Source: Salisapilia sapeloensis CBS 127946 (taxonomy: Eukaryota > Protista > Oomycota). Taken from it: DNA of 64,000 nucleotides. The first letter of the stretch is position 1. Every line of letters begins with the position of its first letter. The stretch lies in assembly GCA_023334545.1 (NCBI GenBank), contig JAADVB010000040.1:1-64000 (forward strand), read 5' to 3'. The position numbers and the translations under genes were made by a program. The notes beneath the pieces were generated by a model. The model was not told the DNA's origin. It did not search any database and saw only the letters and a list, made by a program, of their open reading frames with translations. This document shows, piece by piece, positions 1-10,666 of this stretch.

Positions 1-891
1 CAAAAAAGTAGAATGGAAGTACATTTTGCATTACGAAGATACGGACAGCATTTCGGTGTACCGGATTCATCATCAATAGCTTTTTTTACCTTGGGTCGGC
101 TCATTACCCCTTGTTCTTCTGGAGATTCTGTTATCGCAGAAAACATCACTTTGGCCTCCTTATTCTCCCATTTATCCATCCCATCAATCATAAATTAGAT
201 ATCGTTCCGTCGTCTCTTATTCTGTTCCCTGCATAACACTTCTACAGACACAGACATACACGCAATGTCTGACACTACCTCCAAATTACTCGACTGGTTG
301 CCACTACGTAGTCGATCATCCTTCCTGCCAAAAAAATTCAGTCTACTACGTGTCGCCAGTCATCAAGTGACCATCAGTCTGGACGTAGACATGCACCAAA
401 GGACGAAAGATTGAAGCAAACTGACCCTTGCTCCCACATTAAAGCTCTAGTTTTCATGGAAAACATCTCACGCCAGCCTGGTGTCATCGTGGCTCATGAT
501 ACGCAAGCAAGTGCACATTGCGTACCTCCGAAAGCCAGTCATGATTCAAATCTGAGTAAAGATGTCTGCCTCGACGGGCATCGACGTCATTTCGAAATCT
601 GCTTTTTCTAGCACACTGGTCTAGGCATGGCAGCCAACGCGATACAGTACTGTGGCTTCTCATGAACACGTGCTATTGGACAAGTTTCCACTCGCTTTCG
701 CGCCATTTGGACCGACGATGTGTGTTTATAAACTCAAGTACGTTTCGTAGAAATAGAAGAAGCCAGCGTTGGTATAGTCTCTTCAAGTATCATTACTTTA
801 TCGGCGTCGCAGAATTTTTTGCACCATCACTTCGGCTCGACCTTCTTCCTCTTCCTTCAGTATCGCTTCGTGTCGCCATTCCTCAAGTCGT

Positions 892-1775
892 ATGTCTCAC
901 TATCAGTCGGCCGATTCACCTCGCAATAGCGACCGTTCCAAGGAAGTGGATGATTTAATTGAGCGCGTGTCGCGCGAAGTCCGCGAGTTGAGCAAACTGC
1001 CGAATGAACTCAAGTCGAAGCGGACGACGCATGGTCGAGCAAAGAATTTAATCGAGCAAGGCAATAAGCTCGTAGAGCGTATTAACGGCCATCTGAAGCA
1101 ATTGACAAAAGCTGCGCAGAAACCGGAAGGACGGCCGAAACGTGCTCAGATTAAGAAATTATCCGCAGACTTTAAAGCGCAGTGTGAACAATTCGAAGCC
1201 GCATGTGAACAAGCTGTCCAGGCAGAAGAGGCGCATATGGACCGCATCCGTCGGTCTCGGAATAGCAGTCAGGACCAGGACCAAGTAGAGCTTGGCAATT
1301 ATGATGAAGAGCAGATCTACGCCCAAGTGGCTGTTACTCGTTACAATGATGAAGGTACGCGCGTCTGGTCGTTCTATTCAACACTATACATTTGCTGATC
1401 CTGGTACCTTGTCCAACTGGATAGACTTGGCCCGTCGAGAAGAAGACATTGTCGATATGAACCACAGGATCAAGGATGTTAAGACAGCATATGCAGAAGT
1501 GGACGCCCTCGTGGAGCAGCAGGGGGAGCAAGTCGGTACGTGCTATTGAGTGAACTATTTATCTGCCGTAAAGTGTATTAATGGTCGGACTAGCCGAGAT
1601 TGTGGACAACACGGACGATGCACAGGATCACGTGGAGCGAGGACTGGACAACTTTCGTGAAGCCGATCGAAAGAAGGGCTTGTGCAACTGTACGACGACG
1701 AAAAAGATCCTATGGGCGATCCTGGCCGTGCTTATCATTGCTGTCGTCATTGCCTTGGTAACGTCTCTGAAATAA
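892..1775 (+). CDS. Syntaxin-family t-SNARE (Qa, syntaxin 7/12/SYP2-like), 3 exons, 251 aa
   Basis: Exons 892-1354, 1425-1535 and 1594-1775 join in frame across GT-AG introns of 70 and 58 nt. The protein has N-terminal helices, a SNARE heptad (DLARREEDIVDMNHRIKDV...LVEQQGEQVAEIVDN) and a C-terminal tail anchor (ILWAILAVLIIAVVIALV). Confidence 0.88.
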
Positions 1776-3064
1776 GTGCTGTAACTGCAGCGCGACCTCT
1801 GCCACTCGCGCCAACTTTTTGCTTTATCTAAAGGAAACAACGGACTTTCTTGTTCACATGCATCTTTTGAAATCTCTTTCTGCACCCGGCGTACGCCACT
1901 AGTTGGAAGCTTTGGGAAGTGGATGATTTGTAACTGCTACGCCTTGATAATTTATAAGGAGAGACAAACTTGCAGTGCTATGCGAAAGCCTAGGATTGAG
2001 AAAGAAGGCACAGAAATTCGTAAGAAGGATGTGATCGAACCTTGTTTCGAAAAAATGTAACGGCCGCCGCACCCTTCGCCATGTACATTCCCGGCTTAAC
2101 ACGCTTCGATCACTATATTGGTATGCTAGGTCGATTTAGATGGAGCTGAGAACGAGTAACCCAATCTTTGCGTATCAGAAGGAGACGTGCGTTGGAAGAT
2201 GGGCAAGATACACTTTTGCCGCTTCACGCGCAAGATTAGAAAGACTTAATGGAGGTTGAGTTTTACTGCTTTCGACCAATCAAGTAAAGACGGGAAACTA
2301 TAGGTGAGCGTTTGCTTATCCACCTGTATTAATGCTTATAACGCAAGATGTCCAAGAGAAGTGGTTCTCGGCCGATATTTGCACGGATAAGTTTCCATGC
2401 AGGTGGAAAGATCCAACTTTAGCAGAAAGTCGAGGTACTTTGATTGGCTGGAAATAACGTGTCAAGCATCCGGATCTAACACATACGAAGCGCCCATTGG
2501 CTATCTAGCGCAAGGTGTCTTTTCTGAACACAGTGGACCCATGGCGAGCCCAGGTTGAAAAGCTGTCTAGATTGATTGTCTATGCGACCGAAACGCCCGG
2601 GCTAAAAAATGGAGAGCCGTGTCGATCGTACTGTTGTGTTGTACTGGCGACCGCCACGTGAGGGAGCCTTGGGTGCATTCAGGTCGAAAGATATGTTAGC
2701 AGAGTGCACGAGCAGGTCGTAGTGTCAGCAGCATGCAATCTAGCCTAGCTGTTCGGATGGCTATCGATGCAGACATGTTTGCTAGCTCGAAGCTCCATCC
2801 ACTTGCATCTGTTTAAAAAGGTTTAGCTCATGTGACTTCAGCCGAATAGGTCGTTTCCTCTTATTGTTATGTATTGGTTTGAAGAAATGCAACTACGGAA
2901 TAAGGCCATTTTTCCACTCTACCCAGAGGTAACGGTCAGTGACGTCATGCCGCTGCACTTCTTCCACTCCCATCCCAACGTCCTGTACAAGCTTGCAACG
3001 ATCGGAAAAAGTAGAAAAAAGAACGATTGTGCTCTGCCGTCTCCGCCTTAAGCGCCAAAGAGCT

Positions 3065-3080
3065 GCTCATTTCGCAATTT
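3065..3080 (+). promoter_or_regulatory. Oomycete Inr+FPR core promoter element of the kinase gene
   Basis: GCTCATTTCGCAATTT matches the oomycete consensus GCTCATTYBNNNWTTY. It lies about 60 nt upstream of ATG 3138 and argues against the ORF-track start at 3027. Confidence 0.75.
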
Positions 3081-3137
3081 CCATCCATCTACCACAAGAA
3101 AGCAATTCTATTTTTTAGCCAAAGTCTTAGTCGAGAG

Positions 3138-4085
3138 ATGACACAAACCGGTGCCCAAGTCGTTCTGCCGTCCATTGCGACCATGCTATCGCAACTATCG
3201 AATGCGACTACGAGACGATACGAGCCAGTACAGGAAATTCGCACGAGTATCTACGGTCAAATCCTTTTGTGTAAGGATACTCACACCAAGGAACTTGTCG
3301 TCGTGAAGACCGTGGAATTACCACGCGCTCTCAAGCAGCTTTCACGAGCGAATGAACGAGTGCAAGAAAATATTTTAAAGGAAGTAGACGTCTTGGCGTT
3401 AATTGAGTCGTGGGGAGGCCACGCTAACATTATCAAGCTACGCGAATACTATATTGTCGACCAAGGCGCGATGCTACATGTCGTCATGGACTACTGCGAA
3501 GGTGGAGATATGCTCGAGTCGTGCATGGACACACCGAAAGACGACGACCAGACGAATGACTTGGCCCATGCGTATCAAGTGGATGAAACCCTTGTCCGAA
3601 AGTACTTGCGTGACGTCGTGTCTGGTCTACAGTACCTCCACCAACGAGGGATCGCCCATCGCGATCTGAGTCTCGAGAATATCCTCATTCGCCACGGCCA
3701 AGCAGTCATCTCGGACTTTGGTCTCTGCGCCCAGCAGACCACATCTGACTTTTACTGCGACGAAACGGTCGGCAAGCACTACTACATGGCACCGGAAGTC
3801 GTTTCGCAGCTAGTGTACGACCCGCGTCCGAGCGACATATGGTCCCTCGGCATCTCCTTCTTCATCGTCTTGACCTCGTCGCCACCGTTCGAAATCGCGC
3901 GCGAGTCGGATCCAGGTTTTCGATTTGTATGCAAAAACGGTGCGCGAGCTGTGTTAAATGTATGGGGTCTGTCGGACGCGTTTAGCGAGGAAATGCAAGA
4001 TTTGATCGACCGAATGATTGTGGTGAATCCGTCGCATCGGATCAGTATTGAAGAAATGTGGCATCATCCGGCGATGCAAGCGTAG
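3138..4085 (+). CDS. Ser/Thr protein kinase, CAMK-like (HRDLSLEN type), ~315 aa, intronless
   Basis: Motifs present: VVVK lysine, alphaC Glu (ILKE), HRDLSLEN, DFG, GKHYYMAPE, DIWSLG and the subdomain XI Arg (PSHRISIEE). Start placed at ATG 3138, downstream of the Inr. Confidence 0.92.
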   Translation: MTQTGAQVVLPSIATMLSQLSNATTRRYEPVQEIRTSIYGQILLCKDTHTKELVVVKTVELPRALKQLSRANERVQENILKEVDVLALIESWGGHANIIKLREYYIVDQGAMLHVVMDYCEGGDMLESCMDTPKDDDQTNDLAHAYQVDETLVRKYLRDVVSGLQYLHQRGIAHRDLSLENILIRHGQAVISDFGLCAQQTTSDFYCDETVGKHYYMAPEVVSQLVYDPRPSDIWSLGISFFIVLTSSPPFEIARESDPGFRFVCKNGARAVLNVWGLSDAFSEEMQDLIDRMIVVNPSHRISIEEMWHHPAMQA

Positions 4086-4420
4086 AGTGTTGTTTATGGT
4101 CTTAAGATTTATGGACGCAAGTAGATCTTTGAAATACATGCTGGAGAATGCATTTATGTATCTGATTTCGATGTGCGTCTGTTTTTCCGTTATCGTTGCC
4201 CTAGAAGGGCAACGTGGCATCCTTCGACTAGTCTTCATGCTGATAAAATTTGGCGACAGTTATACGTGTATTCGTCGAAAGAGAGTGATGTTTGATTGAC
4301 AAAAGGAGAGGAGCAAAAGGCAACTTGAAAGAATGCAACATGATGTCCACGAGGATGGTTGGATTGTCCATAGCTAGTGACGGTTATAGCTAGATCGACG
4401 GGTCACTTGGCCTAGGCGGA

Positions 4421-5173
4421 TTAATCGGATACGTTTGACTCAAGCTGGCGATATCGCCAGTCATGACTTTCAATTCGTTTACCGACATCTTCAAGGCTCT
4501 TGGACGCCATGTCGAGCCAAAACTCTGCTAGATCCAAATCTGCTTCCTGGGCAATGTACTTAATTTCAGCTCGATTGTAATCGCTCCTGGCTTGCAGATA
4601 ATTTGTACGAGCAGTTTGCCGTTCCTCTCTTTTTCTTTCAAGCGACGGATCGAGAAGAGCTTTCATCGTTTCGTCCAACGAATCCGCACGTATACTCTGT
4701 GCTGCAACCGGACTTGCCTTTGTACCAATCGGTGATGCCTTGGCCCCGCTAGCTACTTCCTTTCCACTTGTGTGTGAAGTTTCCTTAATGCTTTCCTGTG
4801 GTCGCTTAAATACATCAGCAGATGGCTTTGTATCTCGGTGAGGTACATGGTGTGCGTCACGTCTCGGAGATGCCGCAGCTGACGCACTTGATCTAGGCGA
4901 AGCCTGCACTGGATCTTTCTGCCTGTCAGGTCGATTGTGACTAGACCGATCGTTCGAACGTTGGCGATGGTGTCGGGAATGGTCGGAAGGATGCTTCGAG
5001 TCCGACCGGGCGGGCCGTCGATCATGGGTCTGCCCATGGCGATACGGGTGGTCAGCAGCACCCGAAGACGAGTGGCGTTGTCTGCTAGCGCTGCGGCTGC
5101 GCCGGTGGTGTCGATCGCGAGGACTGCGGCTCCGGTCGCGCCGCGCGCGGCCTCGATCGTGTCCACCTCTCAT
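4421..5173 (-). CDS. Uncharacterised Arg/Ser/His-rich protein with C-terminal coiled coil, ~250 aa
   Basis: Long ORF starting MRGGHDRGRARRDRSRSPRDRHHRRSRSASR. The C-terminus is helical (RKREERQTARTNYLQARSDY...LEDVGKRIE). Start chosen at ATG 5173. Confidence 0.7.
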   Translation of the reverse strand: MRGGHDRGRARRDRSRSPRDRHHRRSRSASRQRHSSSGAADHPYRHGQTHDRRPARSDSKHPSDHSRHHRQRSNDRSSHNRPDRQKDPVQASPRSSASAAASPRRDAHHVPHRDTKPSADVFKRPQESIKETSHTSGKEVASGAKASPIGTKASPVAAQSIRADSLDETMKALLDPSLERKREERQTARTNYLQARSDYNRAEIKYIAQEADLDLAEFWLDMASKSLEDVGKRIESHDWRYRQLESNVSD

Positions 5174-5617
5174 GTTTTCTTTTCTTACAAACATGTTGCA
5201 TACCACTGTATTTTCTTTTGCTCAATCTTTCTTTCGTGCCATTTTCTTTCGACTAATAGAGCTCTAAACTTTCTTTTTCTTTTATGCTGATTCGATTGCG
5301 AACAATACACACGCGCGCCCTCTCGCCATCCTTTACGCTCTCTTCAAAGCCGCATCATAGCATCACACACCAAACAGCTTTCACTCGTGTACATGTATTC
5401 ATCCAGTCCGTTCATCTAAGGGGTGCGGGATTAGCCCACTTGGACCTCTAACCGGTCAAAAAGTCCATTGTCTATCGCAACGGACGCGTTAGCTCATGCT
5501 AGCCGGTCATATATCTTTCTTTCGCTATGCTACCGATTCACAATGATATGATCTTGTTGTCACGACGTCGGGTAAAGACTGCACATTGTAGCTAATGTTC
5601 GTGTGGGCACTCTCCAA

Positions 5618-5633
5618 GTTCATTTTGGCATTT
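5618..5633 (+). promoter_or_regulatory. Probable Inr/FPR element of the DEP-ARH gene
   Basis: GTTCATTTTGGCATTT fits TCATTYBNNNWTTY, about 55 nt upstream of ATG 5687. Confidence 0.5.
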
Positions 5634-5686
5634 CATTGCTCTACGCTCCTTTCCGTCGGAAGTGACGTACTTTAGTGCCAAGACAA

Positions 5687-7939
5687 ATGTCCTTTGCAGC
5701 GTCTCAATCATCACTGCGACGCCAACCTGGCTTTGGCGTCGAACGAGTACCGGAAGGCGGACAGCGTGAGCAGGAAGAAGTATTCGTACGTCTTGCTGCT
5801 CGTCTGAAACAGAATCTCTCGCCTGGTATACGTCGACGACACTTGTTCAAAAAATATGCCGACTGCTTCTCTGGTATGGAAGCCGTCGACTGGATGCTCG
5901 AGTTCATGGAAGCCAAGTCCGTGGCCGAAGCCGTTCGTAAAGGCCAGGCGCTCTATCAACGAGGCTTCCTCTCGAAAGTCGACAAAGAAGTCAAGTTCGA
6001 GTACTCAAACAAGAGATTCTTCCGATTCACGCATACGACACCCGAGTTCAAGGGTGGCGACACGGAGAATGACGGACCAGAGTACCCGATCGGATCGACC
6101 TCTAGCTCCACCATGGTCGAGTTACCACTCAGTGCCGTCGCTCGTCGCCGAGCTCTAGCTGCCATCCTCGGCGGCTTTGTCGCGGACGCAGCGTCAACAG
6201 CGTTGAATGGCGTGAGCAAGCCGGAAAAGTCTATTCCAAACTTGCTTCGTCTCGACTTTGATCCTGCTTTCTGCGGTGCCATGGACTCGATTAGTGACGA
6301 CGGCAATCCGTCTCTCCAGACCAAGATGGAGTCGTCCACCGGTTTCGAGACGCGCATCCTACTCTCCTGCATCGCTCGTCGAGGTGAAATCCACGGCGCG
6401 CAGCTAGCTAAAGACGCGTATTGGGGATTCAAGAAAGACCAACGAATGCTAAGCACCACGACGCGAGCGTTTGTGAAGAGAGTGCGTGGTGGTCGGAACT
6501 GGCCTCACTGTGCCGTTAAGTGCAAGTCGATTGATGTACTGTCGATCTTGCCAGTCGTCGTGGCACTCTACGCTGGCACGAACTCACTCTTTCCAAAAGT
6601 CGATGAACTCGTCAAGGTCTTCTACGCCGGCCAACGCGTTCGTGACGCAGCGCTTATTGCTGCTTTCGTTTTGGAGCAAGTCATTCTAGGCGCATCTGTC
6701 CTCCAAGCCATGCGTATGAGCATCCGGACGGAACGACTGAGCGTAAAGCAGCGCAAATCGGTCTTTAAAGCCTTTACCAAGTCCCAACTCCCGAGTTACG
6801 AAGCTATCCAACACTTTGGCAATAAAGGCGCTTTGCCCGGTGGTTTCTACGCGGTCCTGCAGCCACTCTTTGTCCTGAGCGACTATCAGACAGCCGTTCG
6901 GGAGAACATCATTGGAGGGGGACGGACGTGTCGTCGTGCCATGTTCATCGGCGCCTGCTTCGCCGCACAGGACGGAGCAGCAGCGATTCCTGCAGTCTGG
7001 TCGAAGAAGACACAGCACTTGCAGCAAGTGGAGGCGGATGCACAAGCGATTTTGGCGCGGAGAGAGATCCCTGGGTCGAACTCGTTCAAGGAAGACGGAG
7101 TCGATGACCGGACGACGATGCACTCGACCATTAGCAGTGGCAGCAACATCCAGCAGAGCAACAGCTATGATAATAGTGTCCATCTAGCGTCTTCCGAGCC
7201 TTCTCACTCGGTGTTGGGTCGACAGAGCTCGACGAATGTGCCGCAGAGTGGCAGTTCGACGCGATCGACGACGTCCAACTCGAGGTTACCACAACGACAG
7301 TGGAGTGGATCGTACCAGCGGAAGATGAGCATTGACAGTGGTGCGTCGTCTCCGCGTTCCCAAGCGTCCAACTATTCCTACGCAACTGTTCGGACGTCCA
7401 CGTCGTCCGCTAACAGTGTCATTGACTTGGGCGACATGGAAGCGTTCTATGAAGACGCAATGTCCGTGTCGTCTGCTCCGTCTGGAAGCCAGTCAACTCC
7501 CAAATCTTATGGAATTGAAAAGCGATCGAGTGGAGAGCAGTACCAGTTCTTCCAAAGCTACGGAGCCGCGACGGCACGATACAGTGACAATAGTCGTCGC
7601 ACGAGTGTCTCTCGCGGGAGCGACCAGAACCCACTTCGAACGAGTGACTACAATCCGTTCTACCAGAGCTCATTGACAGATCCGGGTCGTCGGAAGAGTA
7701 GCGAAAAGGGACTAAACACCTCTGGCTATCGAGGTCGATCGAATGTCTCGAGTGGGTATGGGAACCTGAACCAGTCTCGAGGCCTCGACCACCAAACGGA
7801 TGAAGTTCGAGCGAGTGACTCGCAGGCGTTCCGTCGGTCGTCGACTTACGTGACGGATGAAGAAGAGGAGGACGTGGTGCTTGCTCATCGCGTGTCTCTT
7901 GGTCATGAAGCGCGTATGAGTCTTCATGCTATCTTGTAG
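5687..7939 (+). CDS. DEP domain + ADP-ribosylglycohydrolase-fold (SelJ/J1-crystallin-like) protein with Ser-rich tail, ~750 aa
   Basis: DEP: IRRRHLFKKYADCFSGMEAVDWM...AEAVRKGQALYQRGFL...FRF. ARH/J1-like motifs: ALAAILGGFVADAA, VVALYAG...KVDELVKV, LPGGFYAVL, YQTAVRENIIGGGRTCRRAMFIGACFAAQDGAAAIPAVW. The last ~290 aa are low-complexity. Confidence 0.82.
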   Translation: MSFAASQSSLRRQPGFGVERVPEGGQREQEEVFVRLAARLKQNLSPGIRRRHLFKKYADCFSGMEAVDWMLEFMEAKSVAEAVRKGQALYQRGFLSKVDKEVKFEYSNKRFFRFTHTTPEFKGGDTENDGPEYPIGSTSSSTMVELPLSAVARRRALAAILGGFVADAASTALNGVSKPEKSIPNLLRLDFDPAFCGAMDSISDDGNPSLQTKMESSTGFETRILLSCIARRGEIHGAQLAKDAYWGFKKDQRMLSTTTRAFVKRVRGGRNWPHCAVKCKSIDVLSILPVVVALYAGTNSLFPKVDELVKVFYAGQRVRDAALIAAFVLEQVILGASVLQAMRMSIRTERLSVKQRKSVFKAFTKSQLPSYEAIQHFGNKGALPGGFYAVLQPLFVLSDYQTAVRENIIGGGRTCRRAMFIGACFAAQDGAAAIPAVWSKKTQHLQQVEADAQAILARREIPGSNSFKEDGVDDRTTMHSTISSGSNIQQSNSYDNSVHLASSEPSHSVLGRQSSTNVPQSGSSTRSTTSNSRLPQRQWSGSYQRKMSIDSGASSPRSQASNYSYATVRTSTSSANSVIDLGDMEAFYEDAMSVSSAPSGSQSTPKSYGIEKRSSGEQYQFFQSYGAATARYSDNSRRTSVSRGSDQNPLRTSDYNPFYQSSLTDPGRRKSSEKGLNTSGYRGRSNVSSGYGNLNQSRGLDHQTDEVRASDSQAFRRSSTYVTDEEEEDVVLAHRVSLGHEARMSLHAIL

Positions 7940-8051
7940 TTGCTTTGGATCATGTTGAAAGTCAAGAAGGAACAGTGGAATTTATTTGTTTGCATGTTCG
8001 TTCGTACGTTCTTTTCATCCGAGTAGTGGTAGGAAAAGGAGCACAGGATGG

Positions 8052-10558
8052 TTATACTTGCATACTCGATGCTACGAATTGGATGGTAGACGTATCACCC
8101 CCGAGTTCATCGATTAGAACCAACAAGTTCGTACCTTGTGATAGCCATGAGCGAGGGACGTTGTAGTAGCGTTGGACCTCTTCTCCATCTTGTTGAATGA
8201 GCCAATACCGACCGAGGTCATGGCCGTTGATAAATGCTCTGCCTCTCGTCATGCCTTGTAAATCCAATAAGATGGATCCTTCTGAAGGGAATTGGATGGC
8301 AAAAGTGCTCTTGTACCATGTCAACGGTTGATGCTTGTCTTGGTGCAGCATCGAATGCCAGTCGACAGAGTCTGAGTACAGGGGTTTATAGATACTCAAC
8401 TGCTCACCGACGAGACCAGGGTACATCTTCCACTCACTACCGGTAATAAGAGATTGCCGATTGATGGACACGTCGCCAGTTAGTCCCTTCCGATGCTTTT
8501 GACCGAGGGAATCGATGCCGAGACTCACAGACAAGAGAGATAACTTTGTGTCTTGAGAAGTGATAGGTACTTGGACATGATACTCTCGAGTACAATCGTG
8601 TCCTTGGTAGCCTAGATGCACCTCCTTTTGAAAGACATTGTTCACGTAGATGAGAAAAGCATTGGCATCACATGAAGTGAAAGCAACATCTACTTTTGAT
8701 GCTTTGGTTGATAACGAGAAGGTCGTTTCGTAGATGAGATAGTCCGTCTCATCTCTCGTGACGTTCAACTGTTCATACGGTCTATTCGAAACGATGGTTT
8801 TTCGACTGCTCGTCCACTCTTCTTCCCAAAACTGCCATGTCAAGTCTCTTGCTAGAGGAGTGTAGACACGAGAGCCAGAAAAAGATACGTCGGATGTGTT
8901 GTAGATAATCTTCCCGTCTCTCCAGATCACGACTGATTGACCAGACAAATGGATGCTTTGTCCATGGAAATCGATAGTCGCGGGATCTGTTGCTGCGTTC
9001 TCTAGAAATGCAACTGTACCATGCTCTTCCGAAGTATAGACAAAGCCTTGTTGTAAAGTCGAGTCATTCGAGAGAGGGACGGGATGATGGAGCTGACGGT
9101 CAGCTGATAGGAGGATGTTGTTGCAAGCGATCAAGGATTCATGTAGACGACGCAAGTGCGATCTTTTCGGCTCATTACTCAGTCCGTCCGAATGGATGTT
9201 GACACCATCCGCGTACTTGGTTGTTACACCTGCTGCTGCCCATCGTCCGTAATTGTTCCCGCCATAGTACATCTAGCAGAAACTTTTATCTAAGCAAATG
9301 ACTTGTAGAAGAGGAAAGAAAAGATTGTACATAGTAGTTGTGATGGGCACCACCACGAGCAATCCATTTGGTAATGACGTACGCCATGTCTTGTGGAGAT
9401 CGGTTGGGATTGTGATGACTGTCGTCTGGATCTTGTTCCCACGTCGTGTACCACCCTTCGTCTTCCGTCCAGACGAACGGCTGATTCGAATGCGCTTTGT
9501 CCTGTTCCAATGCAAAGTCGACACAGTCGTCTCCGTTACATGCTAGGATGGTGTCCTCCGCAGCATCTCCATTACACCTATCTTATGCGTTATATCTGTT
9601 TCTATATGGAATGTCGAAGTGGTATAGATACATGATCCAAGGGATGCCAGTGCGTAGCTCTTGAACGACATGTCCGAGCCACTGGATGTACTCATGATCT
9701 CCGCTGTTTAACTCATTCTCGATCTGAGCGAGGACGATCGGACCTCCATTAGTCGCGAGATAAGGTCGGGATAGTTCGACAAAGAGCGATAAGAATCGTT
9801 TCATCTCTTTTTTCCATGCATCATTATTCGAGCGAACGTTCATGTTCGGAATCTCATCGAGCCATAGTGGTAGACCGCCGTTATTCCACTCGGCACAGAC
9901 GTATGGACCGAAGCGTACGTGTAGAAACAATCCGTTCGAGGCAGCGACTTCATAGAATTTCGTGAGATTGAGCGAATCATGAAAGTCCAAGACACCTCGG
10001 GTAGATTCATGGGCATTCCAAAACACGTCTAAAGCGTACGTTTTAGTATACTGGCAGCGAAAGAGAGTATGGGTACGTACATAGCTGAATGTGGTTTAAT
10101 CCGTCATCCTTGGCTTTATAGACAGCATCTTGCCATTCGTCTGGAGTTAATCGAGGGTAGTGGATGGATCCTCCGAGAAGTAGCGTGTGCATGCCGTCAA
10201 TGACAAAACTGCGCGGAGTGTACTGGACTCGGTATCCACTCTGCCTCTTGGCTGTCGAGATGTTTTCATACGTGATATACCCATACGTTACATCCTTTCC
10301 AGTCTGCAGGTTGTTAGATACCCAGAAAGGATTATCCTGACGAAGCTCCGGAGGATAAAAGCCAATGTAGCAAGTCGCTAGAGCAATCACGAAGAGCAGC
10401 GCGACGTCTGCACGCTGCATACGCAAGGATAGACGCAGCTTTGGACGTTCCGTTGTCAAGTCAATGTACTCTTCATCATCAAGAGGTAAATGATCATCAA
10501 AGTTCGACTCGATGTCGTCCAGCAGCGGCACTCGTGCCGACGCAGCTTCCTGTCTCAT
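8052..10558 (-). CDS. Beta-galactosidase, glycoside hydrolase family 35, type II membrane-anchored, 4 exons, 780 aa
   Basis: Exons 10558-10081, 10028-9632, 9577-9331 and 9272-8052 (introns 52, 54, 58 nt) join in frame. GH35 motifs: GGSIHYPR, YVFWNAHE, GPYVCAEWNNGGLP, QIENE (acid/base), WTE (nucleophile), NYYMYYGGNNYGR. There is a TM helix near the N-terminus. Confidence 0.93.
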
Positions 10559-10666
10559 TCTTTTCTTTCTTTGATCCGCTTGATGCTGGATCTGATGATG
10601 GACGCTAATTCATCCAATCTGAAACGCTCGTTTTTCACTTACTATGATTTTTATTTAATTATTATG

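Noticed and set aside
1-191. Minus-strand frame open from ATG 191 to the window edge (MIDGMDKWENKEAK...KCCPYLRNAKC)
   Set aside because: Only 63 codons, no recognisable motif, and an in-frame stop just upstream. It may be a gene start but cannot be supported without flanking sequence.
1899-3051. Short ORFs and CCAAT-like words between the syntaxin and the kinase
   Set aside because: No domain, splice chain, tRNA fold or terminal repeats; treated as intergenic.
3027-3137. ORF-track N-terminal extension of the kinase
   Set aside because: It uses a non-ATG start and overlaps a perfect Inr/FPR element, so it is probably promoter and 5'UTR.
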